DNA of 32,000 nucleotides, taken from contig NC_013849.1 in NCBI RefSeq assembly GCF_000025505.1, positions 540,001-572,000 on the forward strand, in the 5' to 3' direction. The stretch comes from Ferroglobus placidus DSM 10642 (GTDB lineage: Archaea; Halobacteriota; Archaeoglobi; Archaeoglobales; Archaeoglobaceae). The notes below the pieces were generated by a model. The model did not search any database and was not told where the DNA came from. It saw nothing but the letters and a program-made list of their open reading frames with translations. The translations under genes were made by a program, and so were the position numbers. Shown here in pieces: positions 9,555 through 17,641 of this stretch. How positions within the stretch are numbered: position 1 is the stretch's first letter; each line of letters opens with the position of its first letter.

Positions 9555-10135
9555 GAAGTCAGCAGGAGGTAGTCCTCTATACCCAATTACTTCAATTCTT
9601 TTTTATACTAATCCTTAGTGTTATATTTGGATTCGGATTGCCTTACGAAGCCCGCTTCGTTTGGTTATATCCTTTTGCAACCTCAGGGTTATCGTGTGCA
9701 GCGCGAGTGCTTATCGAACAGACTAAGTACGATCTGGTTGATAAGGAAGGGAGGAAACTTTCCAAGTGGAGAACGAGCGTCTACGAACAGTGGTCAAAAG
9801 GTTACAGAGGTGTAAAGGTAAGAAATCTGCCAGACTGGTTTCTGCCAATTCACATTGCTTTCTTTACAATCATGAGCGTAGCCTATGTGCTGATAGCGTC
9901 ATTTATCGCTGGTGAATTTGTATTTTTCAAAGCAGAATATGCACATCTGTCAATTCCTATCGTCATTTTCTACCACTTCGTAATCGACTTCGAAGGCTGG
10001 AAGAGGATAATCACAAATCCAAAGGCTTTATACTACAGCTTCGCTTACTCAACTGCAGGCGTAATTTTCTGGTTTGTGATGATGCAAATCGGTGTTTTCC
10101 CGAGCTTCAAGGAGTTGTTCGCAGTAACTAAATGA
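9551..10135 (+). CDS. Multi-TM membrane protein, family b paralog
   Basis: 194 aa; start ATG overlaps the module copy 3 stop (ATGA at 9551-9554); homologous along its length to the 8571-9149 product. Confidence 0.88.
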   Translation: MRSQQEVVLYTQLLQFFFILILSVIFGFGLPYEARFVWLYPFATSGLSCAARVLIEQTKYDLVDKEGRKLSKWRTSVYEQWSKGYRGVKVRNLPDWFLPIHIAFFTIMSVAYVLIASFIAGEFVFFKAEYAHLSIPIVIFYHFVIDFEGWKRIITNPKALYYSFAYSTAGVIFWFVMMQIGVFPSFKELFAVTK

Positions 10136-10204
10136 GAATTTTGACAGAAGTTCAATGAAGATTCTAACGACGTAAGTGAAATAAATGTCCTTGCAACTTC
10201 TTTA

Positions 10205-10387
10205 ATGATGTTTGTCAAACCTCCAGAGATTAAGGATAGGGATGGAAACAGTTATCCAGAATTGATGGTAAAGTTCGACAAGCAGGAGGTAAAAAAGATA
10301 CTTAAAGAAGGTAACGTTACGCTGTTCGTTATCGGAAAGATTGATGGTAAGTTCTTCGTAGGGGAAGATGGGGTTGGAGTGAAATAG
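10205..10387 (+). pseudogene. Truncated module (copy 4, C-terminal half only)
   Basis: PPEIKDRDGNSYPELMVKFDKQEVKKILKEGNVTLFVIGKIDGKFFVGEDG; the first half of the module is absent upstream and there is no following membrane gene of family b. Confidence 0.75.
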
Positions 10388-10478
10388 GTGGGAGGGCTTT
10401 ATGTATATCTCAAAAAGTGTTCTGAAATTCGTTTCGAGATTGTAGAATCAAACAGCGGAACAAATTTTAAGCAAAGAG

Positions 10479-11171
10479 TTGTTGAGTGAGCCAATGATCG
10501 GCACAATCGTAAACGCCACTATGGTTCTCTTAGCAAGTCTATTCGGCTACGCTATCGGGAGGAAAATAAAAGAGGACGTCAGAGACAGAATTATGAAGGT
10601 TCTCGGACTTACGATAATCTTCATCGGGTTGAAGATGGCGTTCGAGACGAAAAATCCGGTTTTGATAATTGCGAGCGTCGTTATAGGAACGGTTATCGGA
10701 GAGATGCTTAAAATAGAAGATGGACTGGAGTCTTTTGCGGCAAAAATCGAGAGAAAGTTTTCGGGGTTCACTTTCGCTGAAGGATTCGTCACAGCCACGA
10801 TACTCTTTTGCGTCGGACCAATGGCTGTTGTCGGGTCGATAAGGGAAGGACTAACCGGAGACGCTTCTATTATTCTCGCAAAAACCATGCTCGACATGGT
10901 TTCAGCTTTATTTCTATCGGCAATTTTCGGACTTGGGGTAGCTTTATCTTCCCTTTCAATTCTCGCTTATCAGGGAACGATAACGATATTCGCTGGAAGC
11001 GTGGCGAGCTACATGACGGAAGAGATAATCGCTGAAGTTACGGCTTCCGGAGGAATAATCGTAATGGCTATCGGCTTCAACGTCGTTGGGTTGAGCAGAT
11101 TCAAAGCTGCCAACATGCTCCCAGCTTTAATAGTAGCTCCGCTGGGGGTGCTGATTTATTCCGCACTATGA
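10479..11171 (+). CDS. DUF554 family membrane protein
   Basis: 230 aa; IGTIVNATMVLLASLFGYAIGRKI, LKIEDGLESFAAKIE, FVTATILFCVGPMAVVGSIREGLTGD, typical of YdfK/YqgA-like DUF554 proteins. Confidence 0.88.
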   Translation: MLSEPMIGTIVNATMVLLASLFGYAIGRKIKEDVRDRIMKVLGLTIIFIGLKMAFETKNPVLIIASVVIGTVIGEMLKIEDGLESFAAKIERKFSGFTFAEGFVTATILFCVGPMAVVGSIREGLTGDASIILAKTMLDMVSALFLSAIFGLGVALSSLSILAYQGTITIFAGSVASYMTEEIIAEVTASGGIIVMAIGFNVVGLSRFKAANMLPALIVAPLGVLIYSAL

Positions 11172-11187
11172 AGATCACATTGAAAGA

Positions 11188-11685
11188 GTGAAAAAGCTTG
11201 CGACTTTCATAGCAAAAAGAGAGGGGGCGAATGTTAAAATTGTTGAGAAGGCTGCTGAGCTCCACGACATAGCGAGGAATGAGGAAAATCACGCCTTAAA
11301 AAGTGCTGAAATCGCAAGAAGAATTCTTGAGAAGGAGGGGTACGAAAAAGAATTTATCGAAGCTGTTTGCCACTGCATAGAAGCCCACTCGTTCTCCTCT
11401 GGAGTAGAGCCTAAAACTCTGGAAGCGAAGGTTTTGAGCGACGCGGACAAGCTTGACGCGATCGGAGCTATAGGGGTCGCGAGGGCTTTTATGTTTGCCG
11501 GAGAAAGAGGGAGGAGCATTGAAGAGACTTTAAAGCATTTTGAGGAGAAATTGCTAAAACTGAAGGATTTTCTCTACACGAAAACCGCTAAAGAGCTCGC
11601 AGAAGAAAGGCACGAATTTTTGCTACAGTTTTACAAGCAAATACTGAAAGAGCTTAGTGAAGTCCAAAACGTATTTAAAGCATGA
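11188..11685 (+). CDS. HD-domain phosphohydrolase
   Basis: ELHDIARNEENH, CHCIEAHSF, DADKLDAIGAIGVARAF motifs of small HD hydrolases; the start may lie upstream (see finding). Confidence 0.88.
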   Translation: MKKLATFIAKREGANVKIVEKAAELHDIARNEENHALKSAEIARRILEKEGYEKEFIEAVCHCIEAHSFSSGVEPKTLEAKVLSDADKLDAIGAIGVARAFMFAGERGRSIEETLKHFEEKLLKLKDFLYTKTAKELAEERHEFLLQFYKQILKELSEVQNVFKA

Positions 11686-11706
11686 AACTCTACTCAATTT
11701 ATAAGA

Positions 11707-13563
11707 ATGAGAGAGGACATTAAAGAGCTTCTCGGTGGTTTGGAATTCGAAACGACGGCGGAAATAGAGGTACCTGAAAAGCTAATCGATCAAGTTATCG
11801 GTCAGGATCACGCTGTCGAGGCTATAAAAAAGGCAGCAATTCAGAGAAGGCACGTTCTCCTTATAGGCTCTCCTGGAACCGGAAAATCGATGTTAGCCAA
11901 AGCTATGGCTGAGCTATTGCCGAAGGAAGAGTTGGAAGACATTCTCGTTTTTCCAAATCCCGAAGACCCGAACCAGCCGAAGATAAGAACGGTTCCCGCG
12001 GGAAAGGGAAAGGAGATAGTGGAAGCGTATAAGCAGGAGGCTATGAAGAAAGCTCAGGCAAGAAACATGTTCCTCTTCATGCTCGTCTTCTTCATCATAG
12101 CCTACGCGACTCTGCAGAATCAAATGCTCTGGGGAATTATAGCTGCGATAATGCTCTTCATGCTCGCTCGCTACATGATTCCGAGAGAGGAGAGGAACGT
12201 TCCGAAGCTTCTCGTTAACAACGCCGGAAAAGAAACTGCTCCTTTCGAAGACGCTACCGGTGCTCACGCTGGAGCTTTATTCGGAGACGTTAGGCACGAT
12301 CCTTTCCAGAGTGGTGGACTTGAAACTCCGGCTCACGAGAGAGTTGAGGCTGGAGCCATCCACAGAGCTCACAAAGGTGTTCTCTACATAGACGAGATAA
12401 ACACCCTGACGATTGAATCCCAGCAAAAGCTCCTCACGGCAATGCAGGAAAAGAAGTTTCCGATAACGGGACAGAGCGAGAGAAGCAGTGGAGCGATGGT
12501 TAGGACTGAGCCGGTTCCCTGCGACTTCATTTTGGTAGCTGCGGGTAACTTAGATGCGCTCATGGGAATGCATCCGGCTTTGAGGAGCAGAATCAAGGGG
12601 TACGGATACGAAATTTACATGAACGACACAATGCCGGACACTCCGGAAAACAGGAGGAAGCTCGTAAGATTCGTTGCTCAGGAAGTGAAGAGGGACGGAA
12701 AGATTCCTCACTTCGACAAGTATGCGGTGGCTGAGATAATAAAAGAGGCTAAGAAGAGGGCTGGAAGAAGAGGGCACCTCACCCTGAGGCTGAGAGAGCT
12801 CGGAGGATTGGTTAGAACTGCCGGAGACATTGCTTTAAGCGAAGGGGCAAGCGTTGTTAGAGCTGAACACGTGTTGAGAGCTAAGAAGATTGCCAAGTCC
12901 ATTGAGGAGCAGCTTGCGGATAAGTACATAGAGAGGAGGAGGGACTACAAGCTGTTCGTAACGGAAGGAGCTGAGATTGGAAGGGTCAACGGACTGGCTG
13001 TGATTGGCGAGTCAGCCGGAATAGTTCTGCCGATTATAGCCGAAGTCACTCCGGCGTTGAGCAAAGAAGAAGGAAGAGTCATCGCAACTGGAAGGTTGCA
13101 GGAGATTGCTAAAGAGGCTGTCTGGAACGTTTCGGCGATAATCAAAAAGATTATGGGAAGGGACATCTCCAACTACGACGTTCACATTCAGTTCGTCGGA
13201 ACATACGAGGGAGTGGAAGGTGATTCGGCGAGCATAAGCATAGCCACAGCCGTCATCTCTGCCCTTGAGAAAATCCCAGTGCGGCAGGACATAGCGATGA
13301 CGGGAAGTTTGTCTGTGAAGGGAGAAGTTCTGCCAGTAGGAGGTGTAACGCAGAAAATCGAAGCGGCTATCCAAGCTGGACTGAAAAAGGTGATAATTCC
13401 GAAGGACAACCTCGACGATGTTTTGCTTGATGCCGAGCACGAAGGAAAGATAGAAATAATCCCGGTGACGAGGATAGAGGAAGTTCTCGAACACGCTTTA
13501 CTCGACTCGGAAGAAAAAGAAAAACTGCTCGAAAAGCTCTACGTTTCAGCGGAGGCTCTCTGA
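11707..13563 (+). CDS. lonB: Archaeal membrane-bound ATP-dependent Lon protease
   Basis: 618 aa; Walker A GSPGTGKSMLAKAMA, two TM helices inserted in the AAA+ domain (MFLFMLVFFIIAYA, MLWGIIAAIMLFMLARYMI), Walker B GVLYIDEIN, catalytic EGDSASISIATAV and downstream Lys region. Confidence 0.98.
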   Translation: MREDIKELLGGLEFETTAEIEVPEKLIDQVIGQDHAVEAIKKAAIQRRHVLLIGSPGTGKSMLAKAMAELLPKEELEDILVFPNPEDPNQPKIRTVPAGKGKEIVEAYKQEAMKKAQARNMFLFMLVFFIIAYATLQNQMLWGIIAAIMLFMLARYMIPREERNVPKLLVNNAGKETAPFEDATGAHAGALFGDVRHDPFQSGGLETPAHERVEAGAIHRAHKGVLYIDEINTLTIESQQKLLTAMQEKKFPITGQSERSSGAMVRTEPVPCDFILVAAGNLDALMGMHPALRSRIKGYGYEIYMNDTMPDTPENRRKLVRFVAQEVKRDGKIPHFDKYAVAEIIKEAKKRAGRRGHLTLRLRELGGLVRTAGDIALSEGASVVRAEHVLRAKKIAKSIEEQLADKYIERRRDYKLFVTEGAEIGRVNGLAVIGESAGIVLPIIAEVTPALSKEEGRVIATGRLQEIAKEAVWNVSAIIKKIMGRDISNYDVHIQFVGTYEGVEGDSASISIATAVISALEKIPVRQDIAMTGSLSVKGEVLPVGGVTQKIEAAIQAGLKKVIIPKDNLDDVLLDAEHEGKIEIIPVTRIEEVLEHALLDSEEKEKLLEKLYVSAEAL

Positions 13564-14283
13564 AAACTCTTTTAGAACTTTATTTAATTCCTTCCACTTC
13601 TCGAGCATCACCATGTGTCCGGAGTTGTTTATCACAGCCAGCTTAGCGTTCAGCTTGTCTCGGAGGTATTCCGAGTTCTCCACCGGCGTCATAACGTCGT
13701 CGCTTCCAACAGCAATAAGCACTTCGCAGTCAAACTTCAATCCAGCCTCGTAGTCTTGAGTGTAGTCGAATTTATCGCATATCTCGAAATCTTTTATCAC
13801 CACATCTTTCCTGCAGCCGATAATCATGTTTTTAACGAACTCTCTGTCCTTCCTTCCCTCGTAGCTTTTCGAAAACATCCAGCCGACGAGTTTTTCAACC
13901 GTTCCCTCGAAATCGTTTCTCAAACCTTCGAGGAGTTTTGGATTTACCTTGAGTTTAGCTCCTGTAGAAAGCAAAACGAGTCCTTTTAAATCAGCTCTTC
14001 TCGCTAAAGCCTGAGCTATAGCTCCTCCCATTGAATGTCCCACCACTATAAAGCTCCCGAGCTCTTCGATGACCTCTTTTACGACCTCAGCGTAGTCTTC
14101 TGCTGAGTTTACCTCGAAATCCTCGCTTTTACCGTGGTTTGGTAGATCTATCGCGTAACCTCCAAGCTCTCTAAGCTGTTTTTTCCACACTTCCGACGTG
14201 CAGCCGGCTCCGTGTATAAAAAAGAAATCTCCGTCTTTTTCGCTTCTCAGAAAAATTTTCTTTCCGTTTACCTCAATCTCCAT
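13546..14283 (-). CDS. Alpha/beta hydrolase
   Basis: FIHGAGCTSEVW oxyanion region, nucleophile elbow VGHSMGGAIAQ, SDDVMTP, NSGHMVM. The ORF extends to 14307 but MEIEVNGKKIF (start at 14283) is a more plausible N-terminus. 3' end overlaps lonB by 18 bp. Confidence 0.9.
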   Translation of the reverse strand: MEIEVNGKKIFLRSEKDGDFFFIHGAGCTSEVWKKQLRELGGYAIDLPNHGKSEDFEVNSAEDYAEVVKEVIEELGSFIVVGHSMGGAIAQALARRADLKGLVLLSTGAKLKVNPKLLEGLRNDFEGTVEKLVGWMFSKSYEGRKDREFVKNMIIGCRKDVVIKDFEICDKFDYTQDYEAGLKFDCEVLIAVGSDDVMTPVENSEYLRDKLNAKLAVINNSGHMVMLEKWKELNKVLKEFSESLR

Positions 14284-14313
14284 GTTCGAAGAAAAAATTC
14301 GAAACATATAAGG

Positions 14314-15162
14314 TTACTCTTTTATCACAACGCTCTTAATGTGTTCAGGGATCTCTTCTTCCCCTTCGTAGCCTATTGCCTTATCTACGGCATGCCTCGT
14401 TATGTATCCGGCGACGTGCAGCAGGGTTTCGTTGTATTCTACGTCTTTTTCCATGCTTGCCGTGCAGGGATAGCTGTGGTGGGCTTCGGATACTCTATCC
14501 CATAGCTCTCTCATCGTCGAAAAGCTGAACTCCCTGAGTCTTATTCCAACGAACCAAGCGCATCCGCAGGGGTGACTTCTCAGAACTTCGACCTCCTCGA
14601 TTTTCTTGTAGCCGTCCTCTTCCTCTACTTCTATTCTGAATTTGGGATAGCCCATCGCCATTTCTTCGAAAAATCTTTTTATGATTGGCTGTTCATCCTC
14701 GTACAGAGAGCAAAACGGTTTAGGGGCTGCAAATTCTAACTTGAGGTCTTCGCACTTCTCTTTCAGCTGTCTGACGAGTCCTGGAGTTGCCCACCTCGGC
14801 TCTTCAATGGGGACTATCAGAGCTTTTATTCCGAACTCGCTGAGTTTTTCCGGCAAGGCAAGTAAAACGTCCGGGTGCATGTTTATAGCTACAGCTAAAT
14901 CGGCTTCTGGGAAGTTCTTCGGCAGAAAGTCTTCGGCGTTCTCTATAAAATCCGGCAGGTTCGTTGGGTCTATCATCGCGTAAGTCGCTAAGATGTTTTT
15001 GGAGAAGCTGTAAACTCCGTCTTTGCACTGAACGCAACTGTCAATTCCGCAAGCTCCGAAAGACGGGCAGGAGTTTCGGTAGTTCATGAGATTCGCCACG
15101 AACCTCTCTCCGAAGTTTCCGTGGTATAGGACTACCAATTTCAAATCCGATGAGAACTTCAT
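14314..15162 (-). CDS. DUF166 family protein
   Basis: 282 aa; CPSFGACGIDSCVQCKDG cysteine cluster near the N-terminus, LRSHPCGCAWFVG, HHSYPCTASM, typical of the archaeal DUF166 family. Confidence 0.75.
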   Translation of the reverse strand: MKFSSDLKLVVLYHGNFGERFVANLMNYRNSCPSFGACGIDSCVQCKDGVYSFSKNILATYAMIDPTNLPDFIENAEDFLPKNFPEADLAVAINMHPDVLLALPEKLSEFGIKALIVPIEEPRWATPGLVRQLKEKCEDLKLEFAAPKPFCSLYEDEQPIIKRFFEEMAMGYPKFRIEVEEEDGYKKIEEVEVLRSHPCGCAWFVGIRLREFSFSTMRELWDRVSEAHHSYPCTASMEKDVEYNETLLHVAGYITRHAVDKAIGYEGEEEIPEHIKSVVIKE

Positions 15163-15204
15163 GGAAGAAAAAAGGAGGGAGAATAAAAAGAGTTTTCTAA
15201 AAAA

Positions 15205-16389
15205 TCATAAAGCAACTTCTTCTTCCCAGGGTGGTAGCACTTTTACGAGAATGTAGAGGATTACGAACGGCACAGCCATTATAGCCATCGCTATAGAAGC
15301 GCTTTCTGGACCGAAAAACGGCATCACGTAGTGGCTGAAACCTCTGAAGGTTTTAGAAAGTATTTGTCCTCCGATGACCACGTTCCACCTCATTGCGAAA
15401 ACTCCTATCAAAGTTAGAAGAGACGCCAGCGTATATACCGGCACCCTTGCTGTCAGCGATTTGAAGCTTTTTGCCAGCACTATAAGGATCACTGGAACTA
15501 TTGCACCAAGCACCATTTGAACGACGACGAAGCTGAAGAATATCTTTTCGTTAATTAGCCTCACTATCGCTTTGAATCCCTCTTCTCTTGTGTAGAATAT
15601 GTGACCTATCTCCATGAACTCCAAGCCGAGGTCGAGGATGTAGGAGTAAAGTAAATAGCCGGCAAGCTTGTCAACGCATTTTTCATCTGGCTTGCTTCCT
15701 CGTAAGTAGCTACCAAAAACGTAGATGACAAGAACCAAGGCAATTCCGGAAACCATGGCTGAGAAGAGGAATATTATTGGCATTAGCGGTGAGCTCCACC
15801 AAGGATTAGCTTTCACGCTTCCGAAAATGAATCCTACGTAGCCGTGTAAGAAGGCTGCTGAAGGCAATCCTATGATCGTAATGACGTTCACGATCTTTTC
15901 ATCCCTTTTCATAGCTTTTTCACTGATATCGTAATCGCCGAGGGTTAAGATTTTGTATATAATTCTTCTCAGTCCTTTTTTGGTCTTAGCCCATTCGACT
16001 ATGTCTTTCCTGTAGTCGAAGTATATCTCTATCAGTAACACCACAAGCAGGTACCAAGCGTAGACGAAGCCGAACATTGCCATGGCTGAAGATGTATTCG
16101 GTGTGAACATGATTTCGAAAGCTCTTTCTGGATGTCCTAAGTGAGCTATTAGAGGAAGAGGTGCTGTGAGCAGGAAAGCGAGGGCTGTAAGGAGTGAAAG
16201 TCTGTAGGTTGGCTTCACTTCTTTCACGTTGAATATTCTTTCGAGCGAAGCTACTATGAAAGCTCCCGCAACAAGCCCGGTGATGTAAGGATATACCGCT
16301 ATGAGCACGCTCCAGTAGATTTCGACCTCGTTTGGGTAAATGAATCCCTCTACGAGCTTTAAAGCCTCTTGAAGAATCTCGCTCATCAC
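15205..16389 (-). CDS. NrfD/PsrC-family quinone-interacting membrane subunit
   Basis: 394 aa, about 10 hydrophobic segments; YPYITGLVAGAFIVASL, HLGHPERA, MRWNVVIGGQ, typical of the NrfD superfamily. Start overlaps the upstream FeS gene by 4 nt. Confidence 0.92.
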   Translation of the reverse strand: MMSEILQEALKLVEGFIYPNEVEIYWSVLIAVYPYITGLVAGAFIVASLERIFNVKEVKPTYRLSLLTALAFLLTAPLPLIAHLGHPERAFEIMFTPNTSSAMAMFGFVYAWYLLVVLLIEIYFDYRKDIVEWAKTKKGLRRIIYKILTLGDYDISEKAMKRDEKIVNVITIIGLPSAAFLHGYVGFIFGSVKANPWWSSPLMPIIFLFSAMVSGIALVLVIYVFGSYLRGSKPDEKCVDKLAGYLLYSYILDLGLEFMEIGHIFYTREEGFKAIVRLINEKIFFSFVVVQMVLGAIVPVILIVLAKSFKSLTARVPVYTLASLLTLIGVFAMRWNVVIGGQILSKTFRGFSHYVMPFFGPESASIAMAIMAVPFVILYILVKVLPPWEEEVAL

Positions 16390-17144
16390 CTCACCTCCGA
16401 ATCGATGCCTATGTAGAACACTCTCGGCTTCGTACCTTGTTCGGGCTTGAGAACGGTAACCGGATTTTCCTCTATCTGTTTTAGGATCCTTTCATCATCG
16501 GCTCTTCCGAATTTCCTCGCTTGAGTCGGACATGCCAATACGCATGCCGGAAGCAAACCCTTCGTTATTCTGTGGTAGCACCAAGTACATTTGTCAGCGG
16601 TCCCTCTTCTGCTCTCTCTCGGACCGTTGGCAGGATATAAATATCGGGCTCCGTAGGGGCAGGCTTGAATGCAGTATCTGCAGCCTAAGCAGTACTTTTC
16701 GTCAACCAAAATCACTCCGTCCGGAGTTTTGTAGGTTGCTCCAACTGGGCAAACCTGGACGCATGGAGGATCTTTGCACTGGTTGCAGAGCTTTGGAACG
16801 AAGTAGCTCTTTACAACTTCTTTCTCATCGTAGATTTCTGGGAAACCGTCGAAACCACCGTTTGGCGAGTCAACCTTAGGTTCTTCCTCTCCTTTCAACC
16901 ACACGTATCTTTCCACCCAAGTTCTGAAGTAGTACGGCTTCAAAGGAACGTCGTTTTCTATTTTGCAAGCTCTTACGCACCTTCCACAGCCTATGCACTT
17001 TCTTGTATCAACAACGAATATGTACCCCGGATGACTGCTTTTTTGCACGTTCTCTTCTTTCTCATTACTCAATTTCGCTAAGCTAACGCCAACCAAATTT
17101 GCTAAAACAGCTGAAGAGGCGAGAAGAAACTTTCTCCTCTTCAT
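16386..17144 (-). CDS. Tat-exported 4x[4Fe-4S] electron-transfer subunit (NrfC/HmcB/DsrO type)
   Basis: N-terminal KRRKFLLAS twin-arginine motif plus hydrophobic segment; four Cys motifs: CIGCGRCVRAC, CNQCKDPPCVQVC, CLGCRYCIQAC, CTWCYHRI..ACVLAC. Confidence 0.94.
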   Translation of the reverse strand: MKRRKFLLASSAVLANLVGVSLAKLSNEKEENVQKSSHPGYIFVVDTRKCIGCGRCVRACKIENDVPLKPYYFRTWVERYVWLKGEEEPKVDSPNGGFDGFPEIYDEKEVVKSYFVPKLCNQCKDPPCVQVCPVGATYKTPDGVILVDEKYCLGCRYCIQACPYGARYLYPANGPRESRRGTADKCTWCYHRITKGLLPACVLACPTQARKFGRADDERILKQIEENPVTVLKPEQGTKPRVFYIGIDSEVR

Positions 17145-17145
17145 A

Positions 17146-17610
17146 TCACCTCACCGGGTCGTGGGGATCATGACATTTCGTGCAGTTCCAGTTCTCCCCC
17201 CTTCCGTGCTCGATCGTTATCTGAGGAAATTCTTTTGGCTTTGAGGAGCTTTTTGCATGGCAGCTCATACAGAACTCCGTTATGCTTGGATAAGCGTTGT
17301 AGCCGAGGATCTCATCTTTAGCTTCGTGCTCTTCCGGATTTTCTACATGAGCCTTAAGCAACCCATGACAGCTCATGCAGCTTATTCCTTTATGCCTTCC
17401 AACGCTCCACAAAACGTACTCGTTCACGTGGCAATTAAAGCACTCGAAATTTTCCCCTATCTTGGTTTGGATTTTTGTGATCTCTTTAATCGAATCTGCT
17501 CTGTAATGACCTAATTCACCGAAGCTCGGTGGGACAAAGACAGCTCTCGCGGCAAAGAATATCAAAACGCCGGCTATGTAAAGCAGAAGAATTCTCCACG
17601 TCACTTTCAT
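17146..17610 (-). CDS. Membrane-anchored tetraheme cytochrome c
   Basis: 154 aa; N-terminal TM and four CXXCH: CFNCH, CMSCH, CMSCH, CTKCH. Confidence 0.93.
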   Translation of the reverse strand: MKVTWRILLLYIAGVLIFFAARAVFVPPSFGELGHYRADSIKEITKIQTKIGENFECFNCHVNEYVLWSVGRHKGISCMSCHGLLKAHVENPEEHEAKDEILGYNAYPSITEFCMSCHAKSSSKPKEFPQITIEHGRGENWNCTKCHDPHDPVR

Positions 17611-17641
17611 GGCTCCGCTCCCTCAAAAATAAAAAATTGAT

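Larger units (their letters stand above)
7220..10387 (+). repeat. Tandem array of four related modules, spacing about 1001, 996 and 832 bp
   Basis: Equivalent positions: copy 1 at 7220, copy 2 at 8221, copy 3 at 9217. The ATC/ATT of the EIKD/KIED motif lies at 8401 (copy 2), 9397 (copy 3) and 10229 (copy 4). Confidence 0.93.

Noticed and set aside
7220-10387. Considered as a CRISPR array or transposon-derived repeat
   Set aside because: The repeat unit is about 1 kb and protein coding with diverged intervening genes; no short direct repeats with uniform spacers, no transposase, no terminal inverted repeats seen.
10416-10452. gttctgaaattcgtttcgagattgtagaatcaaac, which superficially resembles a solitary archaeal CRISPR repeat (GTTY... 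AAAC ends)
   Set aside because: Only one copy seen in the window, no cas genes, no spacers; insufficient support.
11914-13494. Several minus-strand ORFs (for example 117, 160, 75 aa) antisense to lonB
   Set aside because: They are shadow frames of a strongly supported coding region; no motifs.
14314-15162. Considered naming the DUF166 protein thymidylate synthase, as I recall from old annotations of this family
   Set aside because: No ThyA or ThyX motifs in the sequence; the window has a better ThyA-like candidate at 24794-26134.
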